Made by a program: the position numbers and the translations under genes
From: an uncultured Gammaproteobacteria bacterium
GTDB lineage: Bacteria > Patescibacteriota > Microgenomatia > Levybacterales > GWA1-39-11
Assembly: GCA_964651815.1 (NCBI GenBank)
Contig: CAZYWG010000004.1
Coordinates: 36,977 to 100,976, forward strand
Length of the DNA: 64,000 nt
Direction: 5' to 3'
Part shown: positions 47,377 to 57,868 of the stretch, in pieces
Numbering within the stretch: position 1 is the first letter of the stretch
Layout: the number at the start of each line of letters is the position of its first letter
Notes under the pieces: generated by a model
The model's database searches: none
Told to the model about the DNA's origin: nothing
What the model saw: the letters and a program-made list of their open reading frames with translations, nothing else

Positions 47377-48045
47377 ATGGAAGATTCCTCAGACAATTTT
47401 CAGGAAAGGGCAATGGAATTTGCCAGGAAGAATTGGGTAGTTTTAGCTTTATTTTCAGGTGGCGTTGTTCTATTGCTTATTGGTTTGATACAGTTACTTG
47501 GACCAAAGACATCTGCTTCTAATTCTTCTTTTCAGAATGAGGCGGAGGTGGCTGGTGCTGCCAGTGAAAGTTCTAACAGCGCAAAAATAAAAATTGATGT
47601 TGAAGGAGAGGTACAAAACCCCGGAGTTTATAATTTACCTCTAAATGCGCGAGTTCAGGATGCTTTGATTGCGGCAGGAGGTTTATCTCAAGATGCAGAT
47701 AGAATATTAGTTGAGAAGACAATTAATTTGGCGCAGAAATTGATTGATGGCCAGAAAATTTATGTTCCATCAGAACAAGACGCGGGCGGTGGCGCTTCAA
47801 GCGGAGTTGGCGCAAGTTTGGGAACATCCGGCGGTAAAACCGCTTCAGATCTAAGTATAAACGGAGGGCTTGTTTCAATTAATTCCGCAAGTGAACAAGA
47901 CCTAGATAGTCTCCCGGCTGTAGGCCCTGTAACCGCGCAAAAAATAATTGACAACAGGCCTTATAGTCAGCTTGATGACCTAGTTGCCAAGAAGGCGGTG
48001 GGGAAGGCAACATTTGAAAAGATAAAGGATTTGATAAGTTTATAG
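47377..48045 (+). CDS. comEA: competence protein ComEA
   Basis: TM, SLBB (DVEGEVQNPGVY), HhH (INSAS..DLDSLPAVGPVTAQKII). Confidence 0.93.
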   Translation: MEDSSDNFQERAMEFARKNWVVLALFSGGVVLLLIGLIQLLGPKTSASNSSFQNEAEVAGAASESSNSAKIKIDVEGEVQNPGVYNLPLNARVQDALIAAGGLSQDADRILVEKTINLAQKLIDGQKIYVPSEQDAGGGASSGVGASLGTSGGKTASDLSINGGLVSINSASEQDLDSLPAVGPVTAQKIIDNRPYSQLDDLVAKKAVGKATFEKIKDLISL

Positions 48046-48083
48046 GTCTAGCTCGCGCTTTCCTATGTTGAAATGCAAAATTG

Positions 48084-49070
48084 ATGAAAAAAATTGTAAC
48101 ATTACTAATTGTTATTCTTGGAGTTCGGTTGATGTTCTTTTATTTAAATTCTCCTATTAAAACTTCCCAAAAAGCTATTCATCCTCAAGCTACCATTTTT
48201 ACCAGTATAAAGCAGAGTATAAAATCAACTTATAGTCAGAATTTAAGTGCACAAAATGCCGGACTTCTGATGGGAATAGTATTCGGAGAAAAAGATATGG
48301 ATAAACAGTCTGTGAAAATATTTCAAAAGACCGGGGTGTTACATATTATTGCCGCCTCAGGCATGAACGTTAGCATGCTAGTGAGTTTTCTGCTGGCATT
48401 TCTACTTATCTTTTTGAGGCGCCAACAAGCACTTGTTGCAACATTTGTGGCAATAATTTTTTACACGGCATTGGCTGATTTTCAGCCATCTATTGTTAGA
48501 GCTGCAATTATGGGCGGTTTCGCTATTGGCGCAGGAATTATTGGGAGACAAAACAGCGCCATATTTACATTGATTATTACAGCTTTTGTTATGATATTTT
48601 GGGATCCTGCCGTTTTAGTCTCGATAAGCTTTATTTTATCCTTTGCCGCAACTGCCGGAATTGTACTTTTTGAACCCATATTTAAAAAGTATTTTAAAAA
48701 CCCGCTCCTCGAAGATTTTAGGACAACGTTTGCCGCGCAAATTGCAACAACGCCTATAATATTATTCTTTTTTGGCACCTATTCACCTATTTCAATTCTG
48801 GTAAATCTTCTTGTTTTGTGGACAGTTCCACCACTAATGTTGTTAGGAGGGATTGCTGCCATGTTTTCTTTCGCGCCAATTCTTTCCAAACCTATCCTTT
48901 TGCTTTGTATGCCACTCTTAACATACTTTATGAACGTCACCGGATTTTTTGCACAAAGCGCACCACAGATTAGTATAAAAGAGACACCGTGGAGTCTGAT
49001 AGGTGGATATTATTTGATATTAATTGCTATATTATTTTATACTTATCGGAGAAAAAGTATAGTAGTTTGA
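48084..49070 (+). CDS. comEC: ComEC/Rec2 competence domain protein (short)
   Basis: TGVLHIIAASGMNV, PSIVRAAIM, SFILSFAAT. Confidence 0.92.
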   Translation: MKKIVTLLIVILGVRLMFFYLNSPIKTSQKAIHPQATIFTSIKQSIKSTYSQNLSAQNAGLLMGIVFGEKDMDKQSVKIFQKTGVLHIIAASGMNVSMLVSFLLAFLLIFLRRQQALVATFVAIIFYTALADFQPSIVRAAIMGGFAIGAGIIGRQNSAIFTLIITAFVMIFWDPAVLVSISFILSFAATAGIVLFEPIFKKYFKNPLLEDFRTTFAAQIATTPIILFFFGTYSPISILVNLLVLWTVPPLMLLGGIAAMFSFAPILSKPILLLCMPLLTYFMNVTGFFAQSAPQISIKETPWSLIGGYYLILIAILFYTYRRKSIVV

Positions 49071-49248
49071 TCCATTTCTAAAAGTTTTTATAATCGTGAG
49101 TTTTCCCGTGAAATTTTTAGGGAAAAATCTGGGCTCAAATTAAAAACCACTTTTTAGTTTTAGTTGCCAAGACAAGCTATTTCTATCTGTTTAAATCTTT
49201 ATCAAATAACAAGCTTTACTGATAACAATTTTTTGGGATTTTTGCATT

Positions 49249-49815
49249 TTAAACCTTCAATTTTGAGGCGCGTTTTGTTCCGGAGTCTGTAATAGTTGGA
49301 TTGTTAGCTTGGACTATTTTGTCAAAATCACTAACAATCCGTTTGAAGCGTGGGGTCAAAGCAGAAGCATTCTGATCTAACGTAGAAAGAACGAGTGGTT
49401 TTTTTGATCCGCTTTTTTCAAATAGAAAAATACCTACATCTCCAAGTTGGGTTTGGGCAAATAACGCGAAAATCGAACCTTTAGTTAATGTAATAGGTAT
49501 TTCTGATATTGGAATTGGTACATCATATTCGAGTTTTACGTCAAATTCATATTCCTGATAGTGTTCATAAACATTTCCATCGGGCTGCAATGCAACAATT
49601 CCCCAACCGCCGCTACCTTCTCTAACTTGGTTACCTAAAATTGTGTCAGATTCTACTCTGTATATATCGCTTCTAGCTCCAGCGTCACCAATGAAGTATT
49701 TTCCAGGCCTAAAAACAGTTTCAGAATCAAGGGCACGCGCCGGTACAACTAAGAATTGGGGATTATATTGTTTTTGTGCCTCTGACTCTGACAGAAGGGC
49801 AGTTTCAACAGGCAT
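49249..49815 (-). CDS. hypothetical protein
   Basis: 188-aa ORF. Confidence 0.65.
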   Translation of the reverse strand: MPVETALLSESEAQKQYNPQFLVVPARALDSETVFRPGKYFIGDAGARSDIYRVESDTILGNQVREGSGGWGIVALQPDGNVYEHYQEYEFDVKLEYDVPIPISEIPITLTKGSIFALFAQTQLGDVGIFLFEKSGSKKPLVLSTLDQNASALTPRFKRIVSDFDKIVQANNPTITDSGTKRASKLKV

Positions 49816-49884
49816 GTAGAGTGTATTATTGCATTTGAAACCTCTGAGAATTGAAAGAGATTTGAAAGAAAATGAAAAGAATAC

Positions 49885-50136
49885 TTACTGCGCGTTTGAT
49901 CCAGGAGGTTTAGGTTTCCCGGGTCTTGCTTTAAGTGGTGGTTGACGAGTAGGTTCTTGAGAGCGTGGGGTTTTATTGGGAAAACGGATTTGAAACTCCT
50001 TTAAGGTTTTTAGATACGCCTGTACATTAGGATCGTCAGGTGAATCGCCTATATCCTCAAAATTTATATTAGTCTCGGGTTTTGAAGAGCGGAAGACAGG
50101 CTTTTTATGATGAGGACTTTTATCTTCCTCTTTCAT
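49885..50136 (-). CDS. small hypothetical protein
   Basis: 83-aa ORF; TATAAT 7 nt upstream of ATG. Confidence 0.6.
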   Translation of the reverse strand: MKEEDKSPHHKKPVFRSSKPETNINFEDIGDSPDDPNVQAYLKTLKEFQIRFPNKTPRSQEPTRQPPLKARPGKPKPPGSNAQ

Positions 50137-50278
50137 AAGTTGGATTATAATACTTTTAAAAATAAATTCCAGACTTTCTAAAAAAAAGAGCTTTAAGCAT
50201 TTGCCACTTGAATTGAATGCTATGCTGTGATAGCCTTGAATTAGGAATTAGTTTTTTTCTAATCTAGTAGTTTTTTTT

Positions 50279-50647
50279 ATGAAGACAGTACTCATTGTTG
50301 ATGATGAACCCCAAGCAGTAGGCGTTTTCCAAACCGCATTGTCGTCCTCCGGATACACGGCTCTTGTTGCAAACAGCGGAAAAAAAGCCCTAGAAACCAT
50401 AAAAGAGCAGAAGATTGATGCCATACTGTTGGATGAGATGATGCCTGATATGTCAGGAAATGATCTAATAAAAACATTAAAACAGGATAAAATGTATGAG
50501 AATATACCAATTATAATACTCACCAATTTTGGAAATGAAGAGCTTGTAAAAGAGGCAATAAGTGCCGGTGCGCGAGACTACATTTTGAAATATCAAATTT
50601 CTCCACTTGATCTGGCTGCAAAGATCAAGAGTTTGACGGGAGAGTAG
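50279..50647 (+). CDS. single-domain response regulator (CheY-like)
   Basis: VLIVDD, LLDEMMPDMSG, ILTN, DYILK. Confidence 0.93.
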   Translation: MKTVLIVDDEPQAVGVFQTALSSSGYTALVANSGKKALETIKEQKIDAILLDEMMPDMSGNDLIKTLKQDKMYENIPIIILTNFGNEELVKEAISAGARDYILKYQISPLDLAAKIKSLTGE

Positions 50648-50687
50648 AGATTGACAACTGACAATTGACAGTTAACAATTTGACTAT

Positions 50688-51056
50688 ATGAAGAGCATAC
50701 TAATTATTGATGACGATAAACAGGTTGCAACAGTTTTTCAGGTTGCGCTGACTTCTAGTGGTTTTAAAGTCATGACCGCGCCTGATGGCAAAACAGGAAT
50801 TAATATAGTTAAGCAACAGCCGTTTGATCTTGTACTTCTTGATGAAATGATGCCCGATATGTCCGGAAATGAAGTTCTAAGGACTTTAAAAGAGGATGAT
50901 GCAACAAAAGCAGTACCGGTTGTGATGCTTTCAAATTTTGGAAACAATGATATGGTAAAAGAGGCGCTTGATACAGGAGCTCTTGATTATATTCTGAAGT
51001 ACCAAGTTTCCCCCACAGATCTCCCCGTAAAGATAAAGGAAATAATAGGCGAGTAG
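50688..51056 (+). CDS. single-domain response regulator (paralog)
   Basis: ILIIDD, LLDEMMPDMSG, MLSN, DYILK. Confidence 0.93.
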   Translation: MKSILIIDDDKQVATVFQVALTSSGFKVMTAPDGKTGINIVKQQPFDLVLLDEMMPDMSGNEVLRTLKEDDATKAVPVVMLSNFGNNDMVKEALDTGALDYILKYQVSPTDLPVKIKEIIGE

Positions 51057-51216
51057 AGTGAGCCAAGGAATAATTTTCAATTTTAAGTTTAAAATTTGAA
51101 ATCAATATTAAATATTTTAAGAATTAAATTTTAAAAATTCATTAAAAATTAAAAATTTCGAATTGAAAATTTATCTCCATCTTGCTTCTTGTCCCCCTAT
51201 TAGATATGCTTAATTC

Positions 51217-52428
51217 ATGGTTGCAATTTTTCTAACGCTAACTACCTTCTTTTTTGCCTCAATTGCAATTTATCTTTCGTATGCTGATGCAAGAAAAGAG
51301 AGGAAGATGCTTATACAAGAAGGAGAAATTGAGTCTCTTAACAAGACACTCCGGCTTGAAGAATCAAAGCTAGAATCTTTAATTTTAAGCCTCCCAGTGG
51401 GAACCATTCTTTTTACACAAAAAGATGATTTGCTCCAAGCATTTGTAGTCAACCAAGCTGCACGAGACTACTTAAGGCTAGTGAATGAGATAGGCGCAAG
51501 TGAGATATTGAATGTTTTTGATAAATCAATAAATATAGAAGATGTTATAAAAAGTGTTTTTACAACAACGCATGGGGTTTATATTCCGGATACAAAGATT
51601 TTTGACCGTGATTTCAAGCTGTTTGTAAACCCCGTTTTTGTTCAGGGAGCGCATGATCTAATTGGTGTTGCACTCATTATTCATGAAACAACGGCCGACA
51701 AAAAGCTTGAGAAGGTAAGAATGGATTTTACTGATATGATGATTCACGAACTTAGAGCCCCAACAACGGCAATTCGCGGTGCTGCAGCACTTCTTTTGTC
51801 AAACGCTCTTGGACCGGAAGAAAAAGAAAAAATGCCCCGCCTAATTTTAGATAGTGCAAATGATATGCTTGCAACTGTCTCTGATTTTCTTGATATGTCT
51901 AGAATTGATGAGGGTAAATTTAAGTTAAATACTGCGAAATCAGACCTCGTTAAAATCATTTCCGACCATGTTGATGTCTTTTGCTATGCCGCGCGGGAGA
52001 AAAATATAAACATCAATTTTGATAAAAACACCAAAATTACTCAATTTTTCTTTGACCCAATCAGAATTGGGCAAGTCATAAATAATCTTTTATCAAACAG
52101 TATCAAATTTACTGATCAGGGCGGAAAAATAGATATAAAGGTGGAGGAAAAAGATGGAAATGTGGTAATTGAAGTAGATGATACAGGAATTGGCATACCG
52201 GAAACCAAAAAACCTATGCTCTTCAAGAAATTCGGGCAAATTAACCAGCGCTTAGGCCAGGGAGCCTCCTCTGGTCTTGGTCTTTATATTTCAAAAGAGA
52301 TAGTTGAAGCGCATAACGGCAAAATTTGGCTTGAATCGGAAGAGAGTAAAGGTACAAAAGCATATTTCTCCTTACCAATAGTTACAGAAGAAAAACCTGC
52401 TGTGCCGGTTGCTTCGCTTTCGAATTAA
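51217..52428 (+). CDS. sensor histidine kinase
   Basis: HELRAP H-box, NLLSNSIKF N-box, DTGIGI G1, GLGL G2. Confidence 0.95.
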   Translation: MVAIFLTLTTFFFASIAIYLSYADARKERKMLIQEGEIESLNKTLRLEESKLESLILSLPVGTILFTQKDDLLQAFVVNQAARDYLRLVNEIGASEILNVFDKSINIEDVIKSVFTTTHGVYIPDTKIFDRDFKLFVNPVFVQGAHDLIGVALIIHETTADKKLEKVRMDFTDMMIHELRAPTTAIRGAAALLLSNALGPEEKEKMPRLILDSANDMLATVSDFLDMSRIDEGKFKLNTAKSDLVKIISDHVDVFCYAAREKNININFDKNTKITQFFFDPIRIGQVINNLLSNSIKFTDQGGKIDIKVEEKDGNVVIEVDDTGIGIPETKKPMLFKKFGQINQRLGQGASSGLGLYISKEIVEAHNGKIWLESEESKGTKAYFSLPIVTEEKPAVPVASLSN

Positions 52429-52437
52429 GATTAGCTT

Positions 52438-53340
52438 ATGGTCTACAGTCAAGAGACTTCAGCAAGGATTATCATTTTCTCTTTCGGATTCTTCGCATTA
52501 TTATTCTTTTCCGTTACTTTCTCGACTAAAACCTACGCTGCAGCGAATTACGTTAGCGTTGGTGCACAAGTTCCAGGACCTGTAGCAACTATCTCGGGTA
52601 TTGCTTCGCCAAATGCTTTTATAACAGCTTCATCTAGCGCGCAAGTTTTAGGATCAACCAGCTCCGATTCTCAAAGTAATTTCTCTTTTGTAAGTTTAGG
52701 ACTTTTTAATGGGATAAAAGAGTTATGTTTTGACATGACTGACTTTAAAAAGCTTGGAAATTCACTTTCATGTCTTACTTTTGCCCCACTTTACGTAAAC
52801 AAAGAGTTTCAAAACGTATTTTTACCACCAACTATTGGTCTTTCCGCAAATAAGATTACTACCGGTGGGAGTGTAACAATTCAAGGATATAGCATAGCGC
52901 TTGCCGCAATAGAAATAAGAGTAAGAGGTTCTAAAAATTTTGCTTTAAGTGCTGATAAATCAGGCCTTTATAGTTACAGCTATCAAAATGTACCGGCCGG
53001 GACTTACCATATATCAGCTGCCGCAATTTACAAAAAGCAAAAATCACTTGAGCCTAAAAATGAAGTTGAACTTATTGTGTCATCAAGCGCGGTAGGTACA
53101 ACCCGCGAAGCAGGTAAAGTTAAGACATATTTAAGCCCGTGGCTAATATTTTTTATATTTTTAATTGTACTTATTCCTGCTCTTGGATTTTTGGGAGTCA
53201 GGACTGAGCAGGGAAAGGTCCTTTGGTATAAGTTTTTAAACACAAAAATTGGGATGAAAATAAGAGGTTTTATGAGTAAGATTCGTGGCGCAATGCAAAG
53301 GAAGAAAGAAAAGAAGGTTATAAAAGTTAATGGTGAATAG
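52438..53340 (+). CDS. membrane-anchored Ig-like surface protein
   Basis: Signal peptide, beta-rich body, C-terminal TM + basic tail. Confidence 0.7.
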   Translation: MVYSQETSARIIIFSFGFFALLFFSVTFSTKTYAAANYVSVGAQVPGPVATISGIASPNAFITASSSAQVLGSTSSDSQSNFSFVSLGLFNGIKELCFDMTDFKKLGNSLSCLTFAPLYVNKEFQNVFLPPTIGLSANKITTGGSVTIQGYSIALAAIEIRVRGSKNFALSADKSGLYSYSYQNVPAGTYHISAAAIYKKQKSLEPKNEVELIVSSSAVGTTREAGKVKTYLSPWLIFFIFLIVLIPALGFLGVRTEQGKVLWYKFLNTKIGMKIRGFMSKIRGAMQRKKEKKVIKVNGE

Positions 53341-53423
53341 TTAATAGTTTAATTCTCAATGCTTTCGATCTCCTATTACCTAATCTCTATTTCGATTAAA
53401 TCGTGGTTAACTATTTACCCTCC

Positions 53424-54623
53424 TTACTGCAGGCTGATGCGGTAAAGATTATATGGTACGTCGCTTGATAAACGGAAGACAAACGCAATACTTGATCCAT
53501 CCGGCCATGGGAAAACAAGAGAATCAACAAATGGTGCGTCAAATACTGTTGTTTTGTTGCCGCCGTCGTATTCCATGATTTCAATCTTTGAACCTTGTGC
53601 AAAAATGACATGTTTTGAATCTGAGTGCCATAAAAAATTAGGCGCTTCTTTTGGAGAGTTTTTTAGTCCCGTTATATCAAAGATGAGGTAATTTTTATCC
53701 TCCTTTATATCATAAATGTAAACGTTTCCTTGTTTTAGCTCTCGATTATCCGGTGTGGAGTTGAGGGATGGTACTTTTTGCTTTAAGACATACGGGAGAG
53801 TTGCTGAAACACTTGCAGTATATAAAACTTTGTCCCCTAGAGGCGATGGTGACATATTTCCAAAGTAAGCTGTGGCAACAGGACGGAGATTTCTAGGTAG
53901 TGAATCATTAAGTTTCTTGTTTATAGCCATTTTTTCCTGGTCAAAAGTGCGCTCCGTAGCCTCTATTATATTAGTAATATCCTGAGCGTTTTGATCCTGT
54001 GCCTGGGCGTTAAGAAGATATGTAGCATTTGGAAGTTTTGCCAAAACTTGCTTGCTGTCAGGGCTAAAGCTGATGTCAGCTCCTGAGAAATTATCCAAAA
54101 CATCGCTTACTATTTGTGTGCCACCAGTACCTAAGAATACAAATGGACCTGCATTCATATTCATAACATAAATCCCATTTTGTGTTGCCGAGGTAGAAGC
54201 AACGGTGTAGGCAAGATAAGTGTGGGTTGGGTCCATAATAACAGACTTTACGCCAATGGTTGTTATCCCCTCAAGTTTTGGAGCGCTAGGTAAAAGAAGG
54301 GCATCAGCCTCTGAAACAAGACCGTTTTTAATGGTTATTTTTTTATGCCAGTCTATGTAGCCGTCTTTTTGGATAGTAACCTCATATTCTCCGGGGGAAA
54401 GATTAATAGTGTTATTTGTTGCGGTGGTTAAATGACTATTTATCAGGACTCGCGCGCCGTCCGGGCGAGAAGTCGCAACAAAAAGCCCTGTCCCTTCAAT
54501 AAACTTACCTCCAGTATTGCCGCTAAAATCAAATCTATAGCCGCGTGCAAAAAGGATGGCAACAATTGTGCCTATCACAATAAACGCACCAATAAATATT
54601 CCGGAGATTAGTATTCGTTTCAT
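53424..54623 (-). CDS. PEGA domain protein
   Basis: TM, ARGYRFD, TG.FVATSRPDGARVLIN, LSPGEYEVTIQKDGY..W.K. Confidence 0.85.
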   Translation of the reverse strand: MKRILISGIFIGAFIVIGTIVAILFARGYRFDFSGNTGGKFIEGTGLFVATSRPDGARVLINSHLTTATNNTINLSPGEYEVTIQKDGYIDWHKKITIKNGLVSEADALLLPSAPKLEGITTIGVKSVIMDPTHTYLAYTVASTSATQNGIYVMNMNAGPFVFLGTGGTQIVSDVLDNFSGADISFSPDSKQVLAKLPNATYLLNAQAQDQNAQDITNIIEATERTFDQEKMAINKKLNDSLPRNLRPVATAYFGNMSPSPLGDKVLYTASVSATLPYVLKQKVPSLNSTPDNRELKQGNVYIYDIKEDKNYLIFDITGLKNSPKEAPNFLWHSDSKHVIFAQGSKIEIMEYDGGNKTTVFDAPFVDSLVFPWPDGSSIAFVFRLSSDVPYNLYRISLQ

Positions 54624-54689
54624 GGAGCTGATTCTATTATAGTTCAAATCGGCTTTATTGCAAGGAAACGTGGGGGTTGCTAGTCTTAC

Positions 54690-55544
54690 CTATTTAGCAA
54701 TCACACTGATTGAGCTTTGGGAAGAGTTGCCCGCCGCATCATATGCCTTTGCTGATATAACATATGTTTTATTTTTGGGATTCGGCACTTTCCAGGCACA
54801 ACTATATGGTGAAGAAGGATCTGCGCACGTAAGTATATTGTTAATATAAAACTCAACTTTTGTTACTCCTACGTTGTCAGTTGCCGTTGCGGCAATGTTT
54901 ACAGTACTTTTAGGCGTTACCGCTACACCCACAACTGGGAATACTATAGTAACAGTAGGTGATGTACGGTCAACCGGAATTGGAGTGGGAGTCGGTGTTG
55001 ACGTTGGGGTGGGGGTAAGCGTTGGAGTGGGAGTCGGTGCGGGAGTGGATGTGGGAGTTGGAGTAGGCGCGATTCCCGTGAGCGTCACAAAAACCGGAAT
55101 TGAGGACGTAAAATTTTGTGATGAAGTCCTGGCTGTTACAAAAATATCTCCACTGCCCAAGGCCAAAGGATAAAATGAAGCAATTGAGCCTTGCCCCACA
55201 ATGCTTCCAACGCCGCCAACAGAGCTTATTCCCCATTCATAAGTCACTCCAGAATATATAGGATTATTACTTGAGTCATATGCCAAGACAGACAGATTGA
55301 CCTGTTTTGTAGTTGGTTTAGTTGCAAAACCGGAAGGATTGAAGTCAAGACGCGCAATAGTAGAATCAGATGCTCTTATTTGCACAGTTTGGTGGCTTTT
55401 ATAACTGTTAGGCAAAAGAAATACTAGTGCCGCCACCAGGAAAAAGAATACCAGAGTCACTCCAATAATTGGAAAATCCTGCCTGGAATAAGGGGGGTTG
55501 ATGGTTTTTCTATAATGAGCAATTAAGTCGTTAGTTTTTTTCAC
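54690..55544 (-). CDS. Ig-like domain surface protein with PT linker
   Basis: TM, (PT)n, D.TSPTVTI..P...ATATDNVGVTKVEFY...AKAYDAAGN. Confidence 0.85.
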   Translation of the reverse strand: MKKTNDLIAHYRKTINPPYSRQDFPIIGVTLVFFFLVAALVFLLPNSYKSHQTVQIRASDSTIARLDFNPSGFATKPTTKQVNLSVLAYDSSNNPIYSGVTYEWGISSVGGVGSIVGQGSIASFYPLALGSGDIFVTARTSSQNFTSSIPVFVTLTGIAPTPTPTSTPAPTPTPTLTPTPTSTPTPTPIPVDRTSPTVTIVFPVVGVAVTPKSTVNIAATATDNVGVTKVEFYINNILTCADPSSPYSCAWKVPNPKNKTYVISAKAYDAAGNSSQSSISVIAK

Positions 55545-55616
55545 GAGAACTTATATATTATTGTGCCCATATCTCATACCAATTGTCAATGAGAGGTATT
55601 TTATTCTTTTGACATA

Positions 55617-55645
55617 TTGAATCTTTTTTACATGCGTGCTATAAA
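55617..55645 (+). promoter_or_regulatory. mreB promoter
   Basis: TTGAAT-N17 (TGn)-TATAAA. Confidence 0.65.
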
Positions 55646-55831
55646 AAACATATCCCTGCCATACTGGCAATGGGTTCGTTTTGGTGAAAAATGATAGGGA
55701 AAAGATAGGGTTTGAATACTTCTAGCAAAACCCGATTGGCTAAAGGGTACGTAGCCAGACTCAAGCTTTAAAATTTAAAAGATCAAAAATTGAATGAATA
55801 TTACAAATTTCAAGTTAAAAATTAGTTAAGT

Positions 55832-56842
55832 ATGTTCGGAAACAAACGCGTTGGAATTGATCTAGGCACAGCAAATATTCTAGTTTACTTGGCGGGCGAG
55901 GGTGTGGTTTTAAATGAACCAACAGTTGTTGCAGTCCGTGCCGATGATAACAAAGTTGTTGCCGTTGGAGTAGAGGCAAAAGAGATGCTTGGTAGGACTC
56001 CGGGAAATATTGTCGCTACGCGTCCCCTCAAAGACGGAGTAATTGCCGATTACGTCATAACTCAATCCATGCTCTCATATTTTATAGATAAAGTCTGCGG
56101 GCGTTCAAGGTTTGCAAAGCCCGAGGTTATGGTTTGTATACCGTCAGGTGTTACCCAAGTTGAAAAACGTGCAGTTTTAGACGCTACGGCTGCAGCTGGG
56201 GCAGGGAACGTTTACTTGATAGAAGAGCCGCTTGCGGCAGCAATTGGTGCAAAAATCCCCATTGCGCAGGCCGCAGGGCATATGATTCTTGATAGCGGCG
56301 GTGGAACAACAGATATAGCGGTTATTTCACTCGGTGGAGTAGTAGTGCATAAGTCAATTAGGGTTGCAGGAAATAAAACTGAAGAAGCCATTGCCAACTA
56401 TATTCGGAAGCGTTTTAATCTGCTTGTTGGGGAGCGTTCCGCAGAAGATATAAAAATGAAGATGGCAAACGCTATTGTAGATAAAGCGGACATCCAGACC
56501 ATGGAAGTAAAAGGAAGAGACAGTGTGACCGGGCTACCGAGGGCGATAGTGATATCTGAAGTTGAAGTAAACGAAGCTATACAGCCAATTCTTAAAGCTA
56601 TGATTTCTGCAATTAAGGAAGTATTTGAAATAACACCTCCAGAACTTGCCTCTGATATTATCGAGAAGGGGATAGTACTATCGGGTGGTACATCACTCCT
56701 TAAAAATCTTGATAATTACATAGCTCGTGAGACCGGCGTTCCGGCCTATGTTGCTGAAGATCCACTTTATTGCGTTGTTAGAGGAGTGGGAGTTGCCCTA
56801 GAGAATTTGGAGTTGTATAAGAGAAGCATTAATAAGGACTAA
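55832..56842 (+). CDS. mreB: rod shape-determining protein MreB
   Basis: GIDLGTAN, RPLKDGVIADY, EEPLAAAIGA, D.GGGTT, TPPELASDI. Confidence 0.97.
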   Translation: MFGNKRVGIDLGTANILVYLAGEGVVLNEPTVVAVRADDNKVVAVGVEAKEMLGRTPGNIVATRPLKDGVIADYVITQSMLSYFIDKVCGRSRFAKPEVMVCIPSGVTQVEKRAVLDATAAAGAGNVYLIEEPLAAAIGAKIPIAQAAGHMILDSGGGTTDIAVISLGGVVVHKSIRVAGNKTEEAIANYIRKRFNLLVGERSAEDIKMKMANAIVDKADIQTMEVKGRDSVTGLPRAIVISEVEVNEAIQPILKAMISAIKEVFEITPPELASDIIEKGIVLSGGTSLLKNLDNYIARETGVPAYVAEDPLYCVVRGVGVALENLELYKRSINKD

Positions 56843-57127
56843 AGTTCGAATCACGAATAAAGATTTAGAAATTATGAATGTGAACTGATAGCTTATAGTT
56901 TAAACTCGAATATAAATAAGCGTACGAGATTTTTCAATTAAAAAAGCCTTGTTTTAAATAACTAGAATCTTATATTATGATGAATTATGAATACAAAATA
57001 ATAAATCATGAATGATAGATTACCCCAGGTTTTAACCTCGAATTCAGTGAATAAAAAAAATACACGCAAACTAAAAATCTAACAATTAATAAATTGATAT
57101 AATTTAGACTTGTAGTATAATATTCCC

Positions 57128-57868
57128 ATGCTCAAAACAATTGAAATCCTAGGGGTAAAAATAACAGCAGAAAATGAGGGTAAGATCCTAGAGTTATTAA
57201 GATCGGAACTTAACAAGCCTAAGAAAGATCGCCGGAAGTTAGTGATTTTTACACCCAACCCAGAACAGATTTCCTCAGCAGCAGGAAATGCTAGCCTCAA
57301 AGAGATGTTGAACAGTGCAGATATCAATTTGCCCGACGGAATAGGTGTAATTGGGGGTGCGAGTTTACTTGGAAGGAAGCTCGAGGCTAGAATTGCAGGG
57401 GTAGACTTCATGGAAAGTCTTGTGAAAAGTGATTCAAAACAGCCCGTCGTAACAGGCTTTTTTGGAGGCCAACCTGGGGTAGCAATCGAAGCTGCCAATT
57501 GCTTACAAAAAATTGCGCCAAAAATGGCTATAGGATATGCCTCAGACACTTTCGATAAGGATAGAATGATCCATTCTGATATAGATATCCTATTTGTAGG
57601 TCTTGGTTTTCCGAAACAAGAAAAATGGATACTCGCCCATAAAAATGAAGTTCCGGCGAGCATAATAATGGCGGTTGGTGGGTCATTAGACTTTTTGTCA
57701 GGAAGAGTTCCACGGGCCCCAAAGTTTGTTCGTAAGCTCGGTGCGGAGTGGTTATTTAGATTAACAATTCAGCCATGGAGGATAATTCGCCAGGCACGAC
57801 TTTTGCATTTTGGGGGGCTAATTTTGAAAGAAGCAGTAAGTAATCGGTTGAAAAACGATAAAAAATAA
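57128..57868 (+). CDS. WecB/TagA/CpsF (GT26) glycosyltransferase
   Basis: TPNPE, PDGIGV, RIAGVD, VGLGFPKQE, VGGSLD, EWLFRL..QPWR. Confidence 0.93.
   Translation: MLKTIEILGVKITAENEGKILELLRSELNKPKKDRRKLVIFTPNPEQISSAAGNASLKEMLNSADINLPDGIGVIGGASLLGRKLEARIAGVDFMESLVKSDSKQPVVTGFFGGQPGVAIEAANCLQKIAPKMAIGYASDTFDKDRMIHSDIDILFVGLGFPKQEKWILAHKNEVPASIIMAVGGSLDFLSGRVPRAPKFVRKLGAEWLFRLTIQPWRIIRQARLLHFGGLILKEAVSNRLKNDKK

Noticed and set aside
54970-55075. (PT)n codon repeats here and at 61598-61760
   Set aside because: Ordinary Pro-Thr linkers of surface proteins
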